From Piromyces finnis finn (taxonomy: Eukaryota; Fungi; Neocallimastigomycota): a DNA stretch of 64,000 nt. The translations under genes were made by a program, and so were the position numbers. Below are positions 54,363 to 64,000 of the stretch, piece after piece. Location of the stretch: positions 186,001-250,000 of the forward strand of contig MCFH01000040.1 of NCBI GenBank assembly GCA_002104945.1. The letters are read 5' to 3'. How positions within the stretch are numbered: the stretch's first letter is position 1; every line of letters starts with the position of its first letter. A model generated the notes under the pieces. That model made no database searches, had not been told where the DNA came from, and worked only from the letters and a program-made list of their open reading frames with translations.

Positions 54363-55164
54363 CTAAAAAAAAATTTTTATTAAATATGTTTTATTAAAAA
54401 ATTTTATAACGTGTTTTATTAGAACAAAGGTAATTGTTATTGTAAAAGTTTATAAAAAAACAGATTATAAAATTTTACAATAAAACATAAAACACGAAAT
54501 AAATAAAAAGAAACAAGAAAAACAAAATTTATTTAAAAATATCTCTTTTATTAATTTTATTTAGTTATTAACTAAATAATAGTCAATAACAATTACATCG
54601 TTTTAATCAAGAAGTTTTACATGTATTTATATTTTTTGTAAATTATATTTTAATATACTATTCTATTTAATTATACATATATTCAATATAAAATAAACAA
54701 AACTAATTTAATACTAATTTAATTAAATAATAAAATAATAAAACTAAACTAAAACTAATTAAATACACTTTTGATTCAATTTGAGTAAACTGCAAATTGA
54801 ATACAGTCCATGTATTATCTATATATTAATTAAATATTAATAATACTATTTATTATATATTTATAATTAAAAATACTAATTTAAAACTACGCTAAAGTTA
54901 TTAAACTAATTTTAATTAAATAAAAACTTTTTAAGATTTAATTTGAATATTTAAAATATTTAAATTTAATTATCCATTAATTTAAATATTTATCCAAATT
55001 TCATTTCTAACTTTGATATTTTAAAATTAATATTTATTTAATTATTCCATAAAATTTATACAATAAATTTTATAAACAATTTTTTCATTAAAATATCAAA
55101 ATTATTATTCAATAATTATTAATTAATTATTAAATAATTTAAAGATATACTTTATATCTTTACA

Positions 55165-57134
55165 CCAACAATGAAAAATCGCCTTATAATAATAATAATA
55201 GTAATAATAACAGTAGTAGTAGTAATAACAATAAAAATCAAGGAGGTACAAAAGACATTAAGGAATCCGATCTAGAGGCTCTGACCAAGAGTTTTGCCCA
55301 GATGAAAATTCATGTCTGTCACCGCTGTAATCAGAGAGGACATGATGCTCGTTTTTGACCTAATGAAATGTCAGATATGAATAAGTTTATTGCTACTCTC
55401 CTTTCCCAAAACCATTTAAATTAAATGGGGGAAGTTCTCAATCTTCCCCTTCTAACTCCAAAATTGATAATAACCAAACCCACAATATCAATAACATAAA
55501 CGAGCAAGTTTATGTTGATGAAACACGTGACTCACATAAAACAGAAAAATTTTCAAATTCTGAAGAAAAATTCTCTGACCCTTTGGTGGATGATCCAATC
55601 AAAGACATAGATAAGGATGATGTTACACAAAATCACGTGACAAATACAATCGATGATAAGGACATCGAAAACCTTATTTACGCATTCAAGAGGAAAAGTT
55701 CTGAAGAAAGTGATGAAAGTGAAGATGAGGATCACGTGACTCAGTCGAAGAAAAAGAAACTTCGAGAAAACCCCTTGCCAATACACACAAAGGCCACTCA
55801 GATGAAAGAACAGCAAGAAATTCAAAACGAGAAAAATTCAAATTTTCATACCACTACTTCCCGCCTGGACATCCTAGACCCCTCGGTAATTGCAGGCAAG
55901 AATATCTCTTCTGCCAAGAAGAAAAATAAAGAAGCCAGAAACAAAAGGAGAACTGGTCCGGATATCTCTAGTAATCAAGATGATATAGAGGAAGAAGTTA
56001 TTGGAAGTAAGAAGTCGCTGAAAGGAAACTATTACGACTTCTTACGTTCTATTATTATGCTTGGCAAAAATAAGGAGTATGATGTATATGATGCTCTCAA
56101 TAATACCAACGCTGGTATTACCTTTGCACAACTCTTTGCTGTTAGCCCTATCATTAGAAGACTTTGTGCGAAAGGCTTAAAACTTGATCCTAATGACGTT
56201 AGAAAAATAAACGCCATTCAAAATTTGGATCTTGATGATGATGATATTAGTTCATTTATTAATATTATCAACGAAGGTGATGTCGATGGTGATGATAATA
56301 ACAATAATGTTAACAATAGTGTTGACAACATTGATGTTAGTAATGAGATTAACGTCATTAATAAAGTCAATATCGCTTCTGTTATAGGTTCTGTTGACAA
56401 CAATATTGTAAGAGTGTTAGTGGATACAGGCTCTGATGTCAACGTGATTACTAAGTCCTTCTTTGATATTATATCAAAGAAACATAAAATTAAATACTTT
56501 AAAAGAACATTCTTCAAGCTAGCTAGCCAACAAGTCATCTCCACTAATCAAGCAGTAAGTCTCGTTCTTCGTTTTGATAAGCTTAAAATAAGTACTACCT
56601 TCTGGATTCTAGAAGACGAAGATTCCTGCTATGATATCATACTTGGGCGCCAGTCACAAAAGGATCATAGGCTATATATAGATCCTGATGACGACGCTTT
56701 ATATATGAAAACTGATGGATCCTCTATTATGGTTGCTCAACCATCAGATTCCATATCGCAAGGAAATAAATTATATCATATTACTATTATGAATAATATT
56801 AATTCCTTAAAAGATATTTCTGATATTGATAATATTATCTCAAAGGATGAACAAATTCAACTTCATTCTTTAATAAAAAATTATAGGGATGTTTTAATCG
56901 ACTCCATTGATGATGTTTCAGTTGCTGATGCTGAACCTCATTCTATTGAATTAACATCCACCAAACCCATTAAACTGAGACCTTATAAGATATCTCTTGC
57001 TCAATCCCAAGCATTAAAAGAAGAGATTTCGAAACTATTGAAACACGGTCTCATTGAACCTTCCCATTCACCATGGTCATTCCCTGTTGTTATGGTGAAA
57101 AAGAAAAATGGTAAATGGCGTATGTGTGTCGATT
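55165..57134 (+). mobile_element. Element C: internal fragment of a different Ty3/gypsy family (gag end, -1 frameshift, protease, RT start)
   Basis: Knuckle CHRCNQRGHDARF* (last Cys is a stop); gag ends QNHLN*; pol has VLVDTGSDVN and PWSFPVVMVKKKNGKWRMCVD, cut by LTR D. Confidence 0.85.
55415..55450 (+). promoter_or_regulatory. -1 programmed ribosomal frameshift signal of element C
   Basis: Slippery T TTA AAT followed by TAA, then stem GGGGAAG/CTTCCCC. The -1 frame is open into the 518-aa pol ORF. Confidence 0.8.
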
Positions 57135-59593
57135 TGTAACGCGTATCTATATAAGTATTTAATAATGTGGTAATTAATAAACTTTATATAGATGTAACGC
57201 GTATCTATATAAGTATTTAATAATGTGGTAATTAATAAACTTTATATAGATAATAATTTTGATCCCAATAAGTCAATTAATTTTATTTATTAAAATTTTT
57301 AATTATTTTTTATTTAAATTATTTTTTAATAATAAATATTTTTTTTTAAAATTTAAAAGTTAAAAGTTAATAGTTAATAAAAACACAATTTTTTTAATTT
57401 TCGATTCAAACCACTTCTATTTATACTTTTTCTAAATCTGATGTGGCTAAATCAAAAATTTTAATTATCTTTCTAGATTGTTCTTTAAATTAATTAAAAA
57501 TTGCATAAGATGAATCCCGTGATAAAATTACAAAAAATATTTGATTTTTCGAATATTCGAACTTATTCTTTTTCGAATAAGTTCTATAAGTTTCTATGAG
57601 TCGTAAATTAAATTGTTAAATAAATAATCTAAAATATATTTCGGATCAAGGTGTGAGTCGAACCCGAGTGATCCAGATTAATGTCTTAAATACTAACCAT
57701 TAAGACAATATTAATTATCTAATAGATTCGTTACATGGTCTTCCTCCAGGATTCGGATACCAGACGAATCTTTGGATTCATTTTATGTTTTATTACAATA
57801 ATAATTTTTTTAAGCTATATAATTACTATATAATTAAACTATACTAATTGAATTACAATAAAATAATTTTTTTTTTTTTTTTTTTTTTACATTATACATT
57901 TAATATTAAATACATGCTTAAAGAAAATCTAAAATTTAAGAAAATTTAAAGAAGTTATTTTTTTTTTTTTAAATTAAAATTAAAAATAAATTAAAAATAA
58001 AGTTTCTGTTGAAATCATTTCTTTTTGTTGAATTCCTTAAGTAGTTCTGGACAATTCAAATTTGTTTCTGGCTCCCAAGATGCTTCAGATATTGGGTATC
58101 CTTTCCATTTAATTAGATATTGGACTTTACCATAATATCTTCTTTTATCCAATATCTCTTCGACTTCAAATTCTTCCTTATTATCCACAATAACCGGCGG
58201 AGGTGGCGGTTGCTTTCTATTGAACTTGTCTTCATGGTAGGGTTCCAATTCTGAAACGTGGATGACTGGATGAATGCGAATTTCTTTTGGTAACTCCAAT
58301 TTGAAAGAAACTGGAGAAATTTTTTCAATTATTTTGTACGGACCAAGTTTTCTAGGTTTTAACTTCTTATTACCATTACGCATTATTAAAGAACTGTTGA
58401 TCCATACTTTATCATTTACCTTGAGTTCAGGGGCTTTACTTCTGTGTTTGTTTGCGAATTTTTCTTGTTGATTAATGGATTTCTTCAAGTTATCTTTAAG
58501 AGTTTTAATTATTTCTTTGAAATTTCTTGTGAATTCATCCGCAGTTGGTATCTCGGTACGACTTGGTAAAATTGGAGAATGTTTTGGATTATAGCCATAG
58601 TTAGCAAAAAATGGTGAAGTTTTGGTAGATTCTTGAACGGCATTATTGTAACTAAATTCAGCAAGATGTAAGAACTTGTACCAGTTAGAGCCTTTATAAT
58701 TTGAGTAACACCTTAGGTATTGTTCTACAACGGAGTTTACCCTCTCCGTCAGCCCGTTTGTTTGGTGATGGTAGGAAGAAGAAAATTTTAGGTTTATATC
58801 AAAAGATTTGCAAATTGAATTCCAGAATTTAGAGGTAAATTGAGTACCTCTATCCGAAAGAATTTCATTTGGTAATCCATGGAGACGAAAAACGTTGATC
58901 ATGAAAGCATCAGCAGTATCGGAGGCAGAAGGGATGTTCTCAAAAGGAATGAAGTGGCATAATTTAGTTAATCTATCGGTGACTACAAGAATGCAAGTAT
59001 ACTTTTGGGAAGGTGGGAGATCCGTAATAAAGTCCATAGATAAGGAAGACCAAGGACGTTCAGCAATTTCCAAAGGGGAGAGAAATCCATAGGGTTTGTG
59101 TCGAGAATCCTTTGATCGGCAACATATTTCGCAAGACCTAACATATTCTTTGACATCGACTGAGAGATAAGGCCACCAAAAGTCACGAACAATAAGGGAA
59201 GTAGTTTTCTTTAATCCGAAGTGTCCAGCGGAGGGTGAGTCATGGCAAATTTTAAGAACTTCCAAACGACAATCTTGGGGGACATAGATCCTATTATTGA
59301 ATAATAATACACCATCTTGAATTTTAAAGTTTTCGATTTGCGAATGAGGGACTGGGGGAATTTGAGTTTCTAAATATTTGCATACTTCAAAGTAAAATTT
59401 ATCATCTTTGCTATTTGAAATGATTTTATCCATAAAGGGATTGTTATCCAGAACCATGGCACAAAAGTTTTCGGGTCTAAGGACGGAATTTGGAATGTCA
59501 TTGTTATACTTAAAATTTTCTAAGTAATCTGGTCTTCTAGATAAAGCGTCAGGTTTACCATTAGCAGAACCCGACCGATAAACGATGATAAAG
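57135..59593 (-). mobile_element. Element D: 3' part of a chromovirus related to A (3' LTR 57135-57735; RNase H end, IN and chromodomain 58015-59593), interrupted by E
   Basis: TG...CA LTR inserted in the RT of C; PPT block nearly identical to A; ORF with [15 protein letters not shown] and [25 protein letters not shown]. Confidence 0.9.
57651..57708 (-). promoter_or_regulatory. tRNA-like A-box/B-box module in U3 of LTR D
   Basis: Minus strand TGTCTTAATGGTTAG...GGGTTCGACTCA with the same spacing as in LTR A. Confidence 0.6.
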
Positions 59594-62500
59594 TGTAATG
59601 AGGTATATCTAATGATAAGGGTTAGACTAGAAAATCATTAAGGTTAGATTAATGAAAATTTCATAATTATATTTTTATAACCAATCATTAAGTAATTAAT
59701 TCACTTATCAAATTGTATTAAAAAAAAAAAAAAATAATTTTCATGTATAAAAGAGAGAATAAGAAAGATAAAATAGTTCTTTAGTGTTTTTATTAATAAT
59801 TAATAAAAATTAGTTTTTTTTTTTTTGTTTCGTCTTTAGTTTGATAATACACTGACCTAGCGAGTTAGTCGTATTATAATAATAAATTTAATAAATAAAC
59901 ATTATTAAAAAAAATACATATATTTGATACATTAGAGTGTGTGTGTTTATTATTATAATATTTCGTTACAATAAAAACACTCTAAGAAAAAGATCGCTAC
60001 CTCAGTGCCTCGTTTATTTGCTTACTTCTAATTTTTTTTATGGATAACTCTGCTGATTTGAAGAACGGTTTTGATGGCAACCGTCGCTACCTGAAGGGAT
60101 TCTTAGCCAAAATGGACATGATCTTTATGATCCATCCTGAAATAGGAAGGGACGATGGAGAAAAGGTCTTCTACGTCGTTAGTCGCCTCTACGGGGATGC
60201 AATGAATTGGGCTGCTACCTTGATTAACAACCATGATCCTTGCTTACAGGATTATGGCGCCTTTGTTGGAAAGCTGAAGGCTGCTTTTGGTTTTCAGGAT
60301 ATGGTCTATACTGCCAACCAAAAGCTCAAGAAGATCAAACAACATGGCCTATCCAATACTCAAGAGTATATCAAGGAATTTAACTACTATGCTGATGAAT
60401 CCACTTGGAATGAACAAGCCAAGATGGATGCTTTTGTTGATGGGTTGGACGATAGAATCGCCACCCATATCCTTCAGATGTTTCCTGGCCCTTCTACCTT
60501 GATAAACTTACAAACAATAGCCAGTCGTATAGGAAGTAGATTGGCATGCCACCAAGAGGAAATAAACAGAAGATCCAATAGAAGTTTCCGTTCTAAACAA
60601 AGCTTCCAATCCCGCTCCTCAGAAAGATCTACAAGTAAATCCACTCAGCCCAAGAAGGAAAATAATTTTGGCCCCATTTCAAGTGAAGAACGTAGCCGCC
60701 GAATGAAAGAGAATCTCTGCTTATATTGTGGTAAACCTGGTCACCGATTATCTGAATGCCCTATTAGAACCAAAAAGGAAAACCATACTAATAATGCTGG
60801 GGTCCATGTTTTGAATGAACAAGAAAAATCCACTCGACTTTCGGATAACTCCTCTTTACCTCAAACTGTTATCGATGTTGATGTTGTTCTTCCATACAAA
60901 TCTGTCGGAACTAAAGTTCTCTTAGATAGTGGTTCACAATTCTGTTTGATAGACCACGCCTTTGTTAAGGCCCATGAGATCCCTATAATTACCAAAGTAA
61001 AATGCCCACAAATTATAGGTATCGGAGGTCACCAAAAGATCATCGGCCAGACTTGGCCTATAACTGTGGAACACATGAATCACTCATGCCAGTTACAATT
61101 TTACGTCGTAGAATTGCCTTCTTACTGTTGTATTCTTGGCTCTGATTGGCTGGCCCTTCACAATCCGACAATCAATTTTGCTAGTAAGGACGTTTCCTAT
61201 CATTCTGAATACTGTAAGGAAAATTGCTTAAGGAAAGAATCTGCTAGCTCTACCACTTCTGAACTCGAAGACCAATCGAAGGACGAAATGTCAGTTGGAA
61301 ATACACCTGAATACCCTTTCAATGTATTCACTTGTTTAGAAGAACCTGAAGTTGAGTCACCCCAAATTCCAATTCACTACTCTCAACACTCCAAAGTGTT
61401 CGAGGAAAGGCTCGCTGATAAACTCCCTCCTCATCGCCCGTACGACTGTGAGATCAACCTGAGACCAAATAGCAACTTGTTTTATGGTCCAATCTACCGA
61501 CTTACTGAGAAAGAATCAAAGGTATTAGAAGAAACCATTAATGAAAATTTAAAAAAGGGGTTTATCCGCAAATCCAAATCGCCAGCTGGTGCTCCCGTTC
61601 TGTTTGTCCCGAAGAAGAGTGGAGAACTTCGTATGTGTATCGACTACCGCCGCTTGAACGAAATCACCATTAGGAACTCGTACCCTCTCCCATTGATCCA
61701 AGACATGTTGGATCATCTAGGAAAAGCTAAGGTGTTCTCGAAGTTAGATCTTCGATCCGCCTATAACTTGGTAAGAATCAAAGAAGGCGATGAATATAAG
61801 ACCGCCTTCACCTGTCAATTTGGCCATTTCGAATATCTGGTAATGCCTTTCGGTCTCAAGAACGCTCCTGCAGTCTTCCAACATTTTATTAACGACGTTC
61901 TTGAAGGCATTATCGGTAAATTCGTCTTTTCGTATATTGACGATATTATCATTTTCTCTGATAATATAGCCGAACATCATGAACACGTCAATGAAGTCCT
62001 TCGTAGACTCGAAGAAGCCGGACTGTACGCTAAACTTGAAAAATGTCTATTCGACTCTCCTTGTCTTGACTTCCTTGGTCATAGAATCTCTGCCTCTGGT
62101 ATCGGAATGGACCCTAATAAGGTGAAAGCCATTGCGGAATGGCCGACTCCTAAATCGGTCCATGAACTACAATCTTTCCTAGGCTTAGCCAACTATTATC
62201 GTAGATTTATTCCTGGCTTTGCTAAGATTGCTCACCCACTCCACCAACTTTGCAAGAAGAACACCGCCTTCGTTTGGAACGATACCGCTCAAGATGCTTT
62301 TGATGCTTTGGTTAAGCATTTTATTAGTCAGCCTATCCTTGCATATCCTGATGTTGACCTACCTTTCGTTGTCGAAACCGATGCAAGTAACTTCGCCATA
62401 GGTGCTGTATTGTCTCAAGTCAACAAGTCCGACAATATTCTTCACCCTGTTGCGTTCTTTTCTAGATCCCTTACAAACCCGGAGAAGAACTACCCTATCT

Positions 62501-64000
62501 ATGATAAAGAACTTTTGGCTATCGTCGCGTCCTTAGAAGTGTGGAGACATTTTTTGAAAGGTGCGAATCATCCTTTCAAAATTATATCAGACCACAGAAA
62601 CCTCCTTTTTCAGAAGAAACCGGAGAAGATGACTCAGAGATTAATTAGATGGTCCCTTTTCCTTGCTGAATTCGATTTTGTCATTGAATATCGCCCTGGC
62701 TCCTCGAACGGGAAAACCGATGCCTTGTCAAGAAGACCTGACTATCTTGATCACTCTTGCAATTCCGATTCTAATAACTCTGTCTTTCGTCCCGAAAATT
62801 TCAGCTCCTGCTTTGCTTCATCCACTCCTTCTTCTCTTCTTGAAAAAATTGCTCTCTCTTGTAAACTTGACAAATTCTTCATTGAGACTTCTAATCAACT
62901 TCTCAATGATAATTGTTCTTCTGACTACAAACTTAGTAACAACGTCCTCCTTTTCCAAGATAAAATCTATGTTCCTAATGATTGCCGAGTTGAAATTCTG
63001 TCTTCTTGTCATGACTCCCCTGCTGCCGGCCATTTTGGTATTTCAAAAACTTTATCCTTGATTTCCCGTAACTACTGGTGGCCCAAAATGTATCAGGATG
63101 TTAAGGACTATGTCCGTTCTTGTGAGGTCTGCTGTCGTTCGAAATCCTCTAGACATAAACCTTACGGGTTATTATCCACTCTTCCTTTAGGTGAACGTCC
63201 CTGGTCTTCCATTGCTATGGATTTTATCACTGACCTCCCCTCTTCTCGTGGATTTACCTGTATCTTCGTTGTCATTGATCGATTGACAAAAATGGCTCAC
63301 TTTATCCCTCTTGAAAAAGTTCCCACTGCTGAACGTGCTGCCGAAGCTTTCATTAACAACGTCTTCAAACTTCATGGATGCCCCTCCGACATTGTTCTCG
63401 ACCAAGGTTCTCAGTTCACTTCAAAGTTTTGGAAGAAATTCTTTGCTACCCTCAAGATTGATTTGAAATACTCTTCTGCTTATCACCACCAATCCAATGG
63501 CCAGACGGAGAGAGTGAACTCCGTTGTAGAACAATATCTACGCTGCTTCTCAAATTACAAAGGCACTAACTGGATCGAATACTTAAGCCTAGCTGAATTT
63601 AGTTACAATAATTCAGTTCAAGAATCTGCAAAACAAACACCCTTCTTCTTGAACTATGGTTTCCATCCTAATTTTAATCCAACAATTCCAACAACAAGTG
63701 AAGTTCCAAGAGCTGAAGAATACACAAAAGAATTAAAAGAAATTATCAGCACCCTCAAGAAAAACCTTTCGGAAGCCCAAAAGAAACAAGAACATTTCGC
63801 CAATAGACATAGACAACCAGGCCCGTCATTCAAACCAGGAGAAAAGGTATGGTTAATCAATAATAATTTAGTTAAGGGAAATAAAAAATTCACCCCTCGG
63901 AAACTCGGTCCCTATGAAATTGAACAACAAATATCAGAAGTCTCATTCAAATTGAAACTCCCTGGTAACATGAAGATTGATCCGGTATTCCATAAATCAT
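59594..64000 (+). mobile_element. Element E: chromovirus related to A, 5' LTR 59594-59970, running off the window end
   Basis: TG...CA LTR inserted in the RNase H region of D; PBS ATAAAAACACT; long gag-pol reading frame. Confidence 0.92.
60040..64000 (+). CDS. Gag-Pol of element E (3'-partial, apparently uninterrupted for about 1,320 codons)
   Basis: MDNSADLKNGFDGNRRYLKGFLAK; CLYCGKPGHRLSEC; LLDSGS; YIDD (61933); HDSPAAGHFG; GQTER. The same frame was checked at 60040, 61921 and 63901. It is probably absent from the ORF track because no stop occurs in the window. Confidence 0.88.
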   Translation, partial: MDNSADLKNGFDGNRRYLKGFLAKMDMIFMIHPEIGRDDGEKVFYVVSRLYGDAMNWAATLINNHDPCLQDYGAFVGKLKAAFGFQDMVYTANQKLKKIKQHGLSNTQEYIKEFNYYADESTWNEQAKMDAFVDGLDDRIATHILQMFPGPSTLINLQTIASRIGSRLACHQEEINRRSNRSFRSKQSFQSRSSERSTSKSTQPKKENNFGPISSEERSRRMKENLCLYCGKPGHRLSECPIRTKKENHTNNAGVHVLNEQEKSTRLSDNSSLPQTVIDVDVVLPYKSVGTKVLLDSGSQFCLIDHAFVKAHEIPIITKVKCPQIIGIGGHQKIIGQTWPITVEHMNHSCQLQFYVVELPSYCCILGSDWLALHNPTINFASKDVSYHSEYCKENCLRKESASSTTSELEDQSKDEMSVGNTPEYPFNVFTCLEEPEVESPQIPIHYSQHSKVFEERLADKLPPHRPYDCEINLRPNSNLFYGPIYRLTEKESKVLEETINENLKKGFIRKSKSPAGAPVLFVPKKSGELRMCIDYRRLNEITIRNSYPLPLIQDMLDHLGKAKVFSKLDLRSAYNLVRIKEGDEYKTAFTCQFGHFEYLVMPFGLKNAPAVFQHFINDVLEGIIGKFVFSYIDDIIIFSDNIAEHHEHVNEVLRRLEEAGLYAKLEKCLFDSPCLDFLGHRISASGIGMDPNKVKAIAEWPTPKSVHELQSFLGLANYYRRFIPGFAKIAHPLHQLCKKNTAFVWNDTAQDAFDALVKHFISQPILAYPDVDLPFVVETDASNFAIGAVLSQVNKSDNILHPVAFFSRSLTNPEKNYPIYDKELLAIVASLEVWRHFLKGANHPFKIISDHRNLLFQKKPEKMTQRLIRWSLFLAEFDFVIEYRPGSSNGKTDALSRRPDYLDHSCNSDSNNSVFRPENFSSCFASSTPSSLLEKIALSCKLDKFFIETSNQLLNDNCSSDYKLSNNVLLFQDKIYVPNDCRVEILSSCHDSPAAGHFGISKTLSLISRNYWWPKMYQDVKDYVRSCEVCCRSKSSRHKPYGLLSTLPLGERPWSSIAMDFITDLPSSRGFTCIFVVIDRLTKMAHFIPLEKVPTAERAAEAFINNVFKLHGCPSDIVLDQGSQFTSKFWKKFFATLKIDLKYSSAYHHQSNGQTERVNSVVEQYLRCFSNYKGTNWIEYLSLAEFSYNNSVQESAKQTPFFLNYGFHPNFNPTIPTTSEVPRAEEYTKELKEIISTLKKNLSEAQKKQEHFANRHRQPGPSFKPGEKVWLINNNLVKGNKKFTPRKLGPYEIEQQISEVSFKLKLPGNMKIDPVFHKS

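Larger units (their letters stand above)
48327..55164 (-). mobile_element. Element B: Ty3/gypsy chromovirus-like element with a mosaic 3' LTR and no TSD
   Basis: LTRs 48327-49052 and 54441-55164 (630 bp identical, terminal ~95 bp different); PPT AAAGGGCGAGAT; gag-pol with one nonsense codon; flanks ATTAT and CCAAC do not match. Confidence 0.9.

Noticed and set aside
57548-57585. Heat-shock element
   Set aside because: The nGAAn units are not in the required three-unit alternating register.
41980-64000. RIP-like hypermutation of the repeats
   Set aside because: A and E have long open frames and LTR A copies are identical; the few nonsense changes are of different mutation types.

Overview
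Extremely AT-rich, intron-rich eukaryotic DNA, most consistent with an anaerobic gut fungus (Neocallimastigomycota; inferred from base composition, a GH45 cellulase and putative flagellar genes). Bases 1-41,000 are host genes: RPP25-like Alba, TIS11/ZFP36-type tandem CCCH protein, a 2-phosphoglycerate-kinase-like P-loop protein, a secreted GH45 endoglucanase, an F-box/LRR protein, a head-to-head LRRC71-like/WDR54-like pair, a double ADF-H coactosin-like protein, a degenerate GNL3/Nug1 GTPase, COG6 and PHO88/SND3. From about 41,100 to the end there is a nested LTR-retrotransposon island. A copia-like gag is split by intact chromovirus A (identical 411-bp LTRs, AAAAC target-site duplication, TSD). 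Chromovirus B follows and appears recombinant (mosaic LTR, no TSD). Then come a frameshifting Ty3/gypsy fragment C, chromovirus D inserted in C, and chromovirus E inserted in D and running off the window. Most notable: (i) a tRNA-like A-box/B-box (Pol III/TFIIIC-type) module at the U3 start of the A and D LTRs, conserved with a compensatory base pair; (ii) a conserved structured block around the polypurine tract (PPT); (iii) Tf1-type self-priming signatures in A, B and E; (iv) a mappable LTR-LTR recombination junction. All identifications come from manual reading and recalled motifs; no searches were run.
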